A stretch of 64,000 bases of DNA from Coriobacteriia bacterium (GCA_003149935.1 QAMH01000007.1:92603-156602), one strand, 5' to 3'; positions 47,005-56,240 are shown, numbered from the stretch's first letter. Notes: generated by a model from the letters alone, not told the origin. Translations and numbers: made by a program.

Positions 47005-47116
47005 AATAAACGCCTCCTTAAGTGTTAATGATGTTGCTGTCAAGAATAATACAGCGTTTATTTGTCTTTCGGTAGCAAATTATCGGTATAGTTTCCAAAA
47101 AGACAGAAATGCGATA

Positions 47117-47310
47117 TGTCATTTCGAGCGAAAAAAGGGAAATCTCTCCATTCCGCGGCCTTGCGGCCGCTCCAGTCGAGATGACAAAAGGGCCAGGCGC
47201 CGCTCCCGCTGTCATTTCGAGCGGAGCGAAGCGCCCCCCCCTGTCATTTCGAGCGAAGCGGTGTCCCACTGTCATTTCGAGCGGAGCGAAGCGTAGTCGA
47301 GAAATCTCAC
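47117..47310. repeat. Cluster of TGTCATTTCGAGCG-family palindromic elements (locus A)
   Basis: A 70-bp unit has inverted ends TGTCATTTCGA...TCGAGATGACA (47117-47186). Three tandem heads CTGTCATTTCGAGCG(G)AGCGAAGCG follow at 47209, 47241 and 47269, the last followed by GTCGAGAAATCTC. Confidence 0.8.
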
Positions 47311-47434
47311 TCCACCCTCATTGGATTCTATTGTCCCCAGTCCCATCGGCTTACAATCTTGTCATTCTCGGTCATGCGGCCCCATCATCTAGTAACTTAC
47401 CTCGTATGGATAGGAACTTCGCGATGGAGGTGAG

Positions 47435-48469
47435 ATGCAGATGGGGTCAGTCAGCTCGTTTTTGAGCAGCTTTAGCGGTAGCTTCAAAGCTGCTCTTCTC
47501 ATCTGGCCGTTCCTCTCCTTTGCTCTCACGCTTCCCGTGCTCGTGTACCTCTATCATCGTGACGGTCGACTGCGCCTGTCGTCGGCCGTGAGTGCCTACC
47601 TCGCCATCCTCTACATCGCGGGTCTGGGCTGCTTCACGCTCTATCCGCTCCCCAGTGGTGATGCCGGTCCGGGCATCACCTACGGCATCCCGCCGCAGTT
47701 CGATCCTCTCAACTTCGTCCACGACATCGCGAAGGACGGTATCAAGGCGGTTCTGCAGCTGCTATTCAACATCGTGCTGTTCATACCGCTTGGCTTCATA
47801 GCGAAGCGCTTTCTGCGCTTGGGCTTCGGTGTGACCGTGCTCATCTCGCTTGGGACGACGATTCTTATCGAGACCGCACAACTCACGGGCCTCTTTGGCA
47901 TCTATCCGTACGCCTATCGCACCTTCGAGGTGGACGATATTATCTGCAACACACTTGGCGGCATCGTTGGATGGTGGTGCGCCTATGGGCTAAGGCGCGT
48001 GCTGCCCGAGGAGAAGGCCATCTTCCTGAAGACGACCCATGCCCCCGGCTTCGTGCGGCGATGCGTCGCCCTTTGGGTTGACCTGATTGTTATCGCCCTG
48101 TGCACGGAGGGGCCTTGGCTGTTGCTGGCCCTGGCGAGCGAGGCGTTTCTCGACGAGCCCTTCACGATAGCGGGGCTTACCGCGCCCCAGACCGAGACGC
48201 TCATGATGTACGTCTGCTTCGCCCTTTCCTATGTCGTCTTCGAGGTCGTGGTGCCCTGGCGTAACGATGGGAGTACGGTTGGCGGCAAGCTCGTGCATAT
48301 GTCGTTCGAGACGAGAAAGCGGATGGGAACGCAGCGGGTGCTCTTCTACGCGGTGCGCACTGCCGCGCTCATCGCCATTCTCATGTTTCCGCTCGCGCTT
48401 GTCCCGGTTATCGTCATCTTCTACCTCATCGCGCGTAAGATGCCCTACGACTATCTACCGGGGCAATGA
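47435..48469 (+). CDS. VanZ-like / RDD-domain fusion membrane protein
   Basis: VanZ-type helices (NIVLFIPLGF..., IETAQL..., DDIICNTLGGIVGWW) followed by an RDD-like C-terminal membrane domain (RRCVALWVDLIVI...). Confidence 0.75.
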   Translation: MQMGSVSSFLSSFSGSFKAALLIWPFLSFALTLPVLVYLYHRDGRLRLSSAVSAYLAILYIAGLGCFTLYPLPSGDAGPGITYGIPPQFDPLNFVHDIAKDGIKAVLQLLFNIVLFIPLGFIAKRFLRLGFGVTVLISLGTTILIETAQLTGLFGIYPYAYRTFEVDDIICNTLGGIVGWWCAYGLRRVLPEEKAIFLKTTHAPGFVRRCVALWVDLIVIALCTEGPWLLLALASEAFLDEPFTIAGLTAPQTETLMMYVCFALSYVVFEVVVPWRNDGSTVGGKLVHMSFETRKRMGTQRVLFYAVRTAALIAILMFPLALVPVIVIFYLIARKMPYDYLPGQ

Positions 48470-48476
48470 AACCACT

Positions 48477-48632
48477 TCCATTTCGAGCAAAATGGCGAGA
48501 TTCCTCCACTTCGGGACCTTACGGTCCCTTCGGTCGGAATGACAGTAGGCAGCGGCTCCCACTTGTCATTTCGATCGAGGCGGTGCCCCCGCTGTCATTT
48601 CGAGCGGAGCGAAGCGGAGTCGAGAAATCTCG
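48477..48632. repeat. Cluster of TGTCATTTCGAGCG-family palindromic elements (locus B)
   Basis: A degenerate 69-bp unit (48477-48545, ...CCATTTCGAGC...CGGAATGACAG), then TTGTCATTTCGATCG and CTGTCATTTCGAGCGGAGCGAAGCGGAGTCGAGAAATCTCG. Confidence 0.8.
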
Positions 48633-48705
48633 TCATGCTGCCAGCCAGCGCATGCCGATTGGAGGATAATCAGCCCAATAGAACGCGACGATCCGGGAGG
48701 GACCC

Positions 48706-50652
48706 ATGAAGCGCGATTACCCCAACCTCTGCAAACCCCTCAAGGTAGGCAACCTGACATTCCGCAACCGCATGGTGTCTGCTCCCATGGGCGCCACCGA
48801 CATCACGGCAGAGGGTACGCCGGGCCTGCGCACGCTAGGCTTCTACGAGGCCCGTGCCAAGGGTGGTGTCGCTGCGGTCACCGTGAGCGAGCTCGTCGTG
48901 CACCCGGAGACGGACGGCTCGCAGATGCTGCACCTCTCGCTCGCAACCCCTGGTCAGCTCGGTGCGTTTGCCTACGTTGCCGATGCCATCAAGCGTCACG
49001 GGGCCATCGCCTCCATCGAGCTGTCGCATTCTGGCCAGTACGCGGGCACTTATATGGTGGACAAGAAGAAAAAAGGCGACCTGTGCCAGTACGGGCCATC
49101 CGATGGCGTGCGCCCCGACGGCATCCCCGTGAAGGCACTCACGCACGAGCAGATCGATGACATCGTCGCCGCTTACGCCAACGCTGCCGTGTTGGCACGG
49201 CGCGCCGGATTCCAGATGTGCATGGTGCATGCGGGGCATGGCTGGCTCATCAACCAGTTCCTCTCGCCGTACTTCAACAAACGCACCGACGAGTACGGCG
49301 GTTCCCTCGAGAACCGCCTGCGCTTCGCTCGCCAGATACTCACCGCGATTCGCGAGGCTACGGGCCCCGGCTTTCCCATCGAGCTGCGCATGAGTGGCTC
49401 GGAGCTTTTCGACGGCGGCTATGACATCGAGGAGGGATGCCGCATCGCCCAAGGCCTCGAGGATCTTGTTGATCTCATTCACGTGTCGGCCGGCTCCTAC
49501 CAGTTTGGCTTCTCGATCACCCATCCGTCGATGTTCCGCGATCACGGTTGCAATGTGCCGCTGGCCGCGCAGATCAAGCAGCATGTGTCCGTGCCGGTCA
49601 TCGCCATCGGCGGCTTGTCCGACCCGGCGCAGATGGAGGAAATCGTCGCCAGTGGCCAGGCCGATGCCGTCGCCATGGCCCGCGCGCTGCTTGCCGACCC
49701 CGAGCTTCCCAACAAGGTCATGGCCAACCGGGGTGACGAGGTCGTGAAGTGCCTACGTTGCTTCGTCTGCATGGCCGAGCGCCCCGTGACCCAAACACGT
49801 CGCTGCGCCGTGAACCCGCTCATCGGCCGTGAGTTCGAGGGGCTGACCGTGACGCCCACGGCCTGGCCAAAGCGTGTGCTCGTGGCCGGCGGTGGCATTG
49901 CCGGCATGAAGGCGGCCCACACCGCAGCGCTACGCGGCCATGACGTGACGCTATGCGAGGCAAGTGACGAGCTCGGCGGCATCCTGCGCACCGAGGCGGC
50001 GCTTCCCTTCAAGTACGACATGTACGAGTTGGGGCGCACCTATGCGCATCTGTGCCGCGAGGCCGGCGTCGACATTCGGCTCGAGACACCCGTGACCGCC
50101 GCATTGTGCGAAGAGCTCGACCCCGACGCGCTTATCATCGCCGTAGGCTCCGAGCCCATCAAGCTCCCCTTCCCCGTGGCTGAGGACGCTCGCGTGATTT
50201 CCATAGACGAGCTCTACCTGGACGGCGCCGAGCCGGGACCAGAGGTCACCGTCATTGGCGGCGGTCTCACCGGCTGCGAGTGCGCGCTGCAACTGGCACG
50301 CACGGGTCACAAGGTGCACCTCATCGAGATGCGTTCCGAACTGGCTCCCGATGCCAACATTCGCCATCGTCCCATCTTGCTGGCAGAGCTGGAGGGCGAG
50401 GATATTGACGTGCTGACGGGTGCGGCCGCGAAGTGCGTGGACGCCGATGGCGTAACGGTCACCATCGATGGCGAGGGGAGAGTGGTGCCGTGTCAGTCGG
50501 TCATCGCCGCCATCGGTCAGCGCTCGCGCAGCGCGGTTGTCGACGAGCTACGCGATGGTGCGCCTTTCGTACGCGTCATCGGCGATGCCCAGCGGCCGGC
50601 CAACATCACGCTCGCGATCTACGAGGCCTACCACGCCGCGCTGGATGTGTAA
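48706..50652 (+). CDS. Old-Yellow-Enzyme/2,4-dienoyl-CoA-reductase-type FMN + Fe-S + FAD/NAD(P) oxidoreductase (enoate-reductase family)
   Basis: TIM-barrel OYE motifs (NRMVSAPMG, HAGHGWLINQFLSP), the Cys group CLRCFVC...C, and a C-terminal VLVAGGGIAGMKAA dinucleotide fold. Confidence 0.85.
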   Translation: MKRDYPNLCKPLKVGNLTFRNRMVSAPMGATDITAEGTPGLRTLGFYEARAKGGVAAVTVSELVVHPETDGSQMLHLSLATPGQLGAFAYVADAIKRHGAIASIELSHSGQYAGTYMVDKKKKGDLCQYGPSDGVRPDGIPVKALTHEQIDDIVAAYANAAVLARRAGFQMCMVHAGHGWLINQFLSPYFNKRTDEYGGSLENRLRFARQILTAIREATGPGFPIELRMSGSELFDGGYDIEEGCRIAQGLEDLVDLIHVSAGSYQFGFSITHPSMFRDHGCNVPLAAQIKQHVSVPVIAIGGLSDPAQMEEIVASGQADAVAMARALLADPELPNKVMANRGDEVVKCLRCFVCMAERPVTQTRRCAVNPLIGREFEGLTVTPTAWPKRVLVAGGGIAGMKAAHTAALRGHDVTLCEASDELGGILRTEAALPFKYDMYELGRTYAHLCREAGVDIRLETPVTAALCEELDPDALIIAVGSEPIKLPFPVAEDARVISIDELYLDGAEPGPEVTVIGGGLTGCECALQLARTGHKVHLIEMRSELAPDANIRHRPILLAELEGEDIDVLTGAAAKCVDADGVTVTIDGEGRVVPCQSVIAAIGQRSRSAVVDELRDGAPFVRVIGDAQRPANITLAIYEAYHAALDV

Positions 50653-50682
50653 CAGACCCCACACGCGAACAATGAACGCATC

Positions 50683-52017
50683 ATGAACAAGCAGACCGAA
50701 CATACATCGCGCATGGATGTCATTTCGCTGGTCGTCCTGGTCGTCGTGACGGCGTTCACGGCCCTCTACATGAAGGGCCTGAACAGCGGTATTCCCTACT
50801 ACTACGATAGCATCGGCTATTCGGCCACCATCGGCGGCACCTTCGTCGCGGTGTTCACGCTGGCAAGCACCGTCATGCGTCTGGTCGGTGGGCAGATCAC
50901 CGACCACTTCTCCCATTACCGGGTCCTCATGGCAAGTTTGCTGGGACTGCTTCTGGGCGTCGCCATTCCCGCCGTATGGGACGACTTCTTCGTTGTGATG
51001 GCCGCGCGCGTGCTCCAGGGCGCGGCGTTCGCGCTGGCGACCAATGTCATGACCGTTGCCGTCATGAGCACTGCCTCCATGAAGCATATGGGTCGGCGCA
51101 TGGGAATCAAGGGAGCGGGGACGTCACTGGGCACCATGTTCGGTGCGCTCGTCGCCACGGGACTTCTCGACGGTATCGGATTCCAGGGGTTCTTCGGATT
51201 CTACGTTGCGCTCATGCTGGCCGCCATGCTCATGGTTTTCCTGCTCAAGCGGGCAGAGCGTGCGGAGGCGAAGAGGGCTCAGCAGGCAGCGGCACCGCAA
51301 GGTGAAGACGCGTCCGCGGCATCCACAACCACCACCGCGGACGCGGTGCAGGACACCAAGCGCGAAGAGAAGACGCCGCCTGTCGCGCAGCAAGGCGACA
51401 CGCCCAAGCTCACCGCTGGCCAACGCCTGCGCGCCCTCATCAAGCCGTATCTCATGCCGCAGGTGTTTCCCTTTCTGGCCATGTCGTTTGCGCGCCGCAT
51501 GCCCAAGGGCTTCTGCATCTCGTTCATCCTGATATTCGCCCGATACACCGGAATCGAGATGGGCGCCCTCTTCTTCGTCGTCGCGGGAGCTACGACTCTG
51601 ACTTGCCGGCTGCTGGGCGGCAAACTGTTCGATAGCGAGAAAACCTGGCTGCTCCTGCCCGTGATCTCGGCGCAGATAGTGGGGTTTGCCCTGCTGGCCG
51701 CATTTCCCTCTCTCGTCACGCTCATCGTCGCCGCCGTGGGTTATGGGATCTCCGTCGGACTTAGCTCGCCATTCATCAAGACGCTTACCGCCAAGTCGGC
51801 GCCAAAGGAGCACTGGGGCGTCGTCAACGGGGAGCTGTATTTCTTCGGTGACATGGGCAAGGCGCTGGGCGCTTTCCTAGGCGGCATCATCATCGACATG
51901 CTGAGCAAAAGCCTCATCCCCGAAATCGCGCTGGGCTTCTCCATCGTCACCAGCGTGCTCACGGCAATCGCGCTTATCGCCGGCCATCGCGCCAAGCGCG
52001 CAAATGACCGCTCCTAG
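50683..52017 (+). CDS. MFS transporter with a long charged central loop
   Basis: Polytopic halves flank a hydrophilic loop (RAERAEAKRAQQAAAPQGED...). Confidence 0.8.
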   Translation: MNKQTEHTSRMDVISLVVLVVVTAFTALYMKGLNSGIPYYYDSIGYSATIGGTFVAVFTLASTVMRLVGGQITDHFSHYRVLMASLLGLLLGVAIPAVWDDFFVVMAARVLQGAAFALATNVMTVAVMSTASMKHMGRRMGIKGAGTSLGTMFGALVATGLLDGIGFQGFFGFYVALMLAAMLMVFLLKRAERAEAKRAQQAAAPQGEDASAASTTTTADAVQDTKREEKTPPVAQQGDTPKLTAGQRLRALIKPYLMPQVFPFLAMSFARRMPKGFCISFILIFARYTGIEMGALFFVVAGATTLTCRLLGGKLFDSEKTWLLLPVISAQIVGFALLAAFPSLVTLIVAAVGYGISVGLSSPFIKTLTAKSAPKEHWGVVNGELYFFGDMGKALGAFLGGIIIDMLSKSLIPEIALGFSIVTSVLTAIALIAGHRAKRANDRS

Positions 52018-52961
52018 CCGAAAAGCCTCATGCTGCGCTCGCGCGTGACGACGCCTTGCGCGGCGCTCAGGTGTATGCGCACGGCCTCTTCGTCGCTGTG
52101 GCACGTCTCGAGGAGCGCGTCATGCGTGGGAAGAAGCAGCCCTTCCGTTCGGTCACGCCCCTTTTGCGTCAACTGCAGCAACTTGGTCCGGCGGTTTTCC
52201 GTGCTACGTTCCTTGGAGATGAGCCCCTGAGATTCCAGGGTCTTCATGGGTGCCGTGATGTCGCTGCTCTTCAGGAAAAGGTAGTCGGCGATGCGGGATG
52301 CGGTCACGTTGGGACCGAGCACGTAGAGCGCGAGCAATACGCGGAGCTCGGACGTCTTGAGGCCGAGTTCGCGTAGACGTTGCGCCGTGAGCGTGCGCGA
52401 GATCATGATGGTGTCGAAGAATGCCGTGTCCAGGCGGAATTTGCCGTTCTCGATGCGCTGCGCGTCGTGCAGGGTCACCGCATCGGTCGAACTGGCGAAG
52501 GCGGCTTCGAGCTGCTCGGGCGTGAGGTTCTTCCAGTAGTTCTGCAAGAACTGCCCGACGTGGTAATCCGCCCGCTCGATGGACGAAGCTCCCTTGGCGG
52601 TAAGGGCGAGCGACACTACGCGCATGTCATCGGGGTCTTCCGTCCTCGTGACGAGCCCGTCGTCCACAAGGTGGGGAACTGCAGCCGAAACCGTGCTCAC
52701 GCCGACGCACAGGTTGGCGGCAAGGTCGGTGCTGCGCATGGTCTGCCGCGGGGCCGATAGCAGGCGCAAAAGCATGCGGTACTGCAGAGTCGTGAGAGAA
52801 CAGTCGCTTTCCAGGATGCGACTGATGGATTTGTACAGCAGATTCATGATGGTGAGGTAGTCTGACAGGCCCTCGACTGCGGCGACATGCTGTGGATGAT
52901 TGACGTCCTCGAGTTTGCGGCGTTCCTGGCCAAGTTCTGCTGCGATCATGAAAGCCCCCAT
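52014..52961 (-). CDS. Fused double MarR-family regulator (two wHTH domains in one chain)
   Basis: Two MarR-like modules: (...LTTLQYRMLLRLLSAPRQTMRSTDLAANLCVGVSTVSAAVPHLVDDGLVTR...) and (...LKTSELRVLLALYVLGPNVTASRIADYLFLKSSDITAPMKTLESQGLISK...). Divergent from the Mo enzyme at 53128. Confidence 0.75.
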   Translation of the reverse strand: MGAFMIAAELGQERRKLEDVNHPQHVAAVEGLSDYLTIMNLLYKSISRILESDCSLTTLQYRMLLRLLSAPRQTMRSTDLAANLCVGVSTVSAAVPHLVDDGLVTRTEDPDDMRVVSLALTAKGASSIERADYHVGQFLQNYWKNLTPEQLEAAFASSTDAVTLHDAQRIENGKFRLDTAFFDTIMISRTLTAQRLRELGLKTSELRVLLALYVLGPNVTASRIADYLFLKSSDITAPMKTLESQGLISKERSTENRRTKLLQLTQKGRDRTEGLLLPTHDALLETCHSDEEAVRIHLSAAQGVVTRERSMRLFG

Positions 52962-53127
52962 TACGCTGGCTTTGCGAAAAATTATTCAACCACAATATTA
53001 TTTAATGCATATATTGTTAATGAAAAATGCTTTACATAAGGATGGATGGGCGTAATCTGGTCGTGACTGGTCATCGCGGATGCGTCGCATGCCGCAGCCA
53101 GCAAAGAGAGAGCGAGAGGAGTTTCGC

Positions 53128-55548
53128 ATGTCGGAAGAATCGTTCGTCTACACCGCCTGCCCTGGCTGGGGCGATCACGACTACTGTGCGCTCAAGACCA
53201 TCGTGAAAGATGGCAAGATCGAGCGCATGGAGCGTATCGTTTACTCGGCCCCGGAAGAGCCCGATGGGCACATCTGCCAGAAGGGCTGCCTTGCAGGCCG
53301 TCAGCCCTATGATCCCAAGCGCCTGAAGAAGCCGCTCAAGCGCGTCGGCGAGCGCGGCGAAGGCAAGTGGGAGGAGATCAGCTGGGATCAGGCCCTCGAC
53401 GAGATCGGCGAGAAGCTCTGCAAGATTCGCGACGAGTACGGCCCGGACAAGGTCGTCCTCTGGAATCTTGGCGCAGGCGTTCCCGCCCAGTACAGCTTCG
53501 AGAACCTGATGCCGTTCCGCTTCGCGAACACCTTTGGCGTCACCGTCCCGCTCGGTTCGATCGGCCTGGACAACGGCCCGTTCTATGCCGAGTTCTACAA
53601 TGCCGGCAGCGAGTTTCCGCGCACGGTCATCGACCCGCGCATCATGGTCGGCACGGACCTCATCTACGTGTGGGGCTGCAACCCCATCGAGAACCAGATG
53701 CGCTGCGCCCAGAACCTCGTGCGCGCACGCGAGGCCGGCGCCCGCATCGTCGACCTCGGCCTCATCTTCGACGGCACCGCCGGCTTTGCCGACGAGTTCG
53801 TCGCGATGAAGCCAGCCTCCGACGGCTACCTGGCGATGGCGATGGTCAACTACATCCTGCAAAACGACCTGCAGGCAAGCGAGTACCTGCTCGCTCGCTC
53901 CATCGCTGCCTATCTCGTCGACGATGAGACCGGCCTGCTGGCGCGTGATGGCGAGGGTAACTACCTCGTCTGGGATGCGGCGAGCAATGCGGCCGTGCCC
54001 GTTGCGCCCAAGGCCGGCGCGTATCCCGAGGGTGCCGATATCCCGCTGTTTGGCAGCTATCAAATCGACGGCAAGAGCTACACGACGGCGCTCCAGAAGC
54101 TCAAGGACGCGGCCGCGGAGTACACCTTCGAGTTGGCTGCCGAGAAGTGCGGCATCGGCGCCGAAGACGCCGAGCGCCTCGCGCGTGACTGGGTCGAGGC
54201 CGAGAACGCCTTCATCCTGTCGGGCTATGGTCTGCGCTACCGCAACTCCAATGAGACCTACCGCCAGTTCCTCCTGCTCGGCGCGCTGACCGGCCGCCTG
54301 GGCAAGCCGGGCAGCGGCGTCTTCGAGGCGCTGCAGCTCCAGAGCTGGCCGCTCGTCTTCAACGACCTGCCCATCAGCTGCCCCGATGGCGTGCCCGGCG
54401 TCAAGTCCGTGCCGGTGCGCATGGGCGAGTGGTTCGCCAAGGCCGAGGCTCCCGATAGCCCCTACAAGGCGCTCATCGTGTGCTCGGGCAACCCCGTGCA
54501 CCAGCAGCCCGACCGTCAGCGTTGGCTCGACGTCGTCGATGGCATGGAGCTCGTCGTCGACTACGACGTGTGGCTCACCGACACCGGCGAAATCGCCGAC
54601 TACGTGCTCCCCGACCTCATGTCCTTCGAGCGTGAGGACCTCATCACGGGCGCCTGCTACAACCACATCATCCTGCAGGAGCCGGCCATCGAGCCGCAGG
54701 TTGACGGCCACGAGCCCGTCTGGGTCTTCAGCGAGCTCGCCAAGCGCGTCGGTCTCGGCGACTACTTCACGATGAGTATCCCCGAGTACATCGACATCCG
54801 CCTGCAGACGCAGTACCCGCTGATTGCTGGTGTCCAGCCGCCCGTCACCTACGAGCGCCTCAAGGCCGAGAAGATGATCCGCGCCGCCGCGCCGCCCGAG
54901 CCCAAGTACACGCCATACCTCAACCCCGCCGAGGTCCTCGACAACGAGACCGGCCGCATGGAGATCATGTACTCCGAGAAGCTCGCCGAGCTCGACATGG
55001 CGACGACCAAGGTGCTCGAGCCGAACAAGATCGGCAAGTCGACCGAGTATCCCTACCAGCTCTTCACCGGCCGCCAGCGCTTCTTCATGCAATCGAGCTT
55101 CACCGACGATCCAATCACCGTGAAGCTGTCGGGCGAGACGCCGGCGACGAGGCTCAATCCCGTCCAGGCGCAGCGCCTTGGTCTGGCCGAGGACGACATG
55201 GTCGAGGTCTTCAACGAGCGTGGCCACGTCGTCACGCGCCTCGTGCTCGACGAGAGCGTGCCCGATGGCACCGTTCACGTGTGGTTCGGCTGGCGTCGCC
55301 GCCAGTTCGAGGAGGGCACCTACGCCGAGATCACGCACCAGTGCGCCGGCAAGGATTCGCAGGGCCCGCTCGAGGACAAGTGGTTTGCCGATTGGCTTGC
55401 CGCAGGTCATCATCCCAACCCGTACGTCGAGTCGATGAGTTCGCTCACGGGCTCGACCGACTGCTACTGGGATTCGTGGTGCGACATCCGCAAGTTCGAG
55501 GGTGAGATTACGCCCAATCCGCAGGGCACCATCGTAAAGGAGGCTTAG
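53128..55548 (+). CDS. Molybdopterin (bis-MGD) oxidoreductase catalytic subunit, cytoplasmic type (806 aa)
   Basis: MopB-type core collinear with the other paralogs. Atypical N-terminal Cys spacing (CPGWGDHDYC...CQKGC). No twin-arginine motif. Start at ATG 53128 behind GAGAGGA. Confidence 0.9.
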   Translation: MSEESFVYTACPGWGDHDYCALKTIVKDGKIERMERIVYSAPEEPDGHICQKGCLAGRQPYDPKRLKKPLKRVGERGEGKWEEISWDQALDEIGEKLCKIRDEYGPDKVVLWNLGAGVPAQYSFENLMPFRFANTFGVTVPLGSIGLDNGPFYAEFYNAGSEFPRTVIDPRIMVGTDLIYVWGCNPIENQMRCAQNLVRAREAGARIVDLGLIFDGTAGFADEFVAMKPASDGYLAMAMVNYILQNDLQASEYLLARSIAAYLVDDETGLLARDGEGNYLVWDAASNAAVPVAPKAGAYPEGADIPLFGSYQIDGKSYTTALQKLKDAAAEYTFELAAEKCGIGAEDAERLARDWVEAENAFILSGYGLRYRNSNETYRQFLLLGALTGRLGKPGSGVFEALQLQSWPLVFNDLPISCPDGVPGVKSVPVRMGEWFAKAEAPDSPYKALIVCSGNPVHQQPDRQRWLDVVDGMELVVDYDVWLTDTGEIADYVLPDLMSFEREDLITGACYNHIILQEPAIEPQVDGHEPVWVFSELAKRVGLGDYFTMSIPEYIDIRLQTQYPLIAGVQPPVTYERLKAEKMIRAAAPPEPKYTPYLNPAEVLDNETGRMEIMYSEKLAELDMATTKVLEPNKIGKSTEYPYQLFTGRQRFFMQSSFTDDPITVKLSGETPATRLNPVQAQRLGLAEDDMVEVFNERGHVVTRLVLDESVPDGTVHVWFGWRRRQFEEGTYAEITHQCAGKDSQGPLEDKWFADWLAAGHHPNPYVESMSSLTGSTDCYWDSWCDIRKFEGEITPNPQGTIVKEA

Positions 55549-55552
55549 AGCC

Positions 55553-55972
55553 ATGGCTTACAAGATGTTGGTCGACATTGACCGCTGCATTGGCTGCTGG
55601 ACGTGCGCGATGGGCTGCAAGGTTGGCAACCACCTGGAAGATGACGAGTACCGTGTCGAGATCAAGACGCATGGATCGGGCGCCGGCATCGACCGTCCTG
55701 AGGGCGTCTATCCCGACCTGCACATGTGGTGGCAGCCTATCTACCTGCCCAACTGCACCTTCTGTCCCGAGCGCATGAAGGAGGGCGAACCGCAGTTCTG
55801 CGTAATGGATTGCCCGACGCTTGCGTTGGCCTTTGGCGATGCCGACGACCCGGACTCCGCCTACTCGCAGGCTCGTGCACGACTCGAGGCTCGCGGTGCG
55901 CGGTTCTGGGAGCTCGACGATGCCGGCACGACGACGCGCTCCTGTATCGAGTACGCAAGCACCCGCCAATAA
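55553..55972 (+). CDS. Small 4Fe-4S ferredoxin-type subunit (139 aa)
   Basis: CIGCWTCAMGC and CTFC...CVMDCP motifs. Starts 5 nt after the catalytic subunit stop. Resembles the 111-aa protein at 1183-1518. Confidence 0.85.
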   Translation: MAYKMLVDIDRCIGCWTCAMGCKVGNHLEDDEYRVEIKTHGSGAGIDRPEGVYPDLHMWWQPIYLPNCTFCPERMKEGEPQFCVMDCPTLALAFGDADDPDSAYSQARARLEARGARFWELDDAGTTTRSCIEYASTRQ

Positions 55973-56003
55973 TCAGAGCGCAAATGTGGGGCGATTGCGC
56001 GGG

Positions 56004-56240
56004 TCATGCAAGGAATTTTCGATTTTGTGAGGTTGCAGCACGGCCCGTGCAAAGATTTTTCGATTATGTGAGACTGCAGCGAGGACCTTGCAGAAAAATT
56101 GCGATTATGTGAGACCTTCGGATTACAGGGTCTCACATAATCGAAAAAACGTGCATTCCCCGTCAGGTGGCTTCACACAATCGCGTTTTTTCTGCATATG
56201 CCGCTGAGTGATTACACATAATCGAAAAAAACGTGCATCC
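56004..56240. repeat. Compound palindrome: three ~41-bp units in direct orientation followed by three inverted
   Basis: Unit cores (T/G)CGATT(A/T)TGTGAG(A/G) at 56019, 56060 and 56101 (forward) and at 56129, 56171 and 56211 (reverse). The central perfect 15-bp stem CGATTATGTGAGACC (56102-56116) pairs with 56129-56143 across a 12-nt loop. Confidence 0.85.

Noticed and set aside
47209-47310. Possible CRISPR array, because of closely spaced direct repeats
   Set aside because: There are only three irregular units separated by 7-8 nt, no spacer-sized unique segments and no cas genes. The units belong to a dispersed palindromic family.
46919-47465. ORFs translating to CHFERSEA/SFRAKR-type peptides (46919-47296, 47109-47465, 48466-48669, 56773-56988, 56604-57110)
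   Set aside because: They are read-through translations of the TGTCATTTCGAGCG repeat family in intergenic DNA. The repeated peptide motifs mirror the nucleotide repeats, and there are no RBSs.
53071-55554. 827-aa minus-strand ORF covering the whole Mo-enzyme gene
   Set aside because: This is a shadow ORF antisense to a gene with clear family motifs. Its composition is the Arg/Ala/Gly/Leu/Val-rich pattern typical of the wrong frame in GC-rich DNA, and it has no RBS or recognisable domain. The same reasoning applies to 8174-9622(-), 13540-15000(-), 28006-29901(-), 34749-35747(-), 58528-59901(-), 61668-63014(-), 6810-8012(+) and the many 60-250-aa overlapping ORFs.
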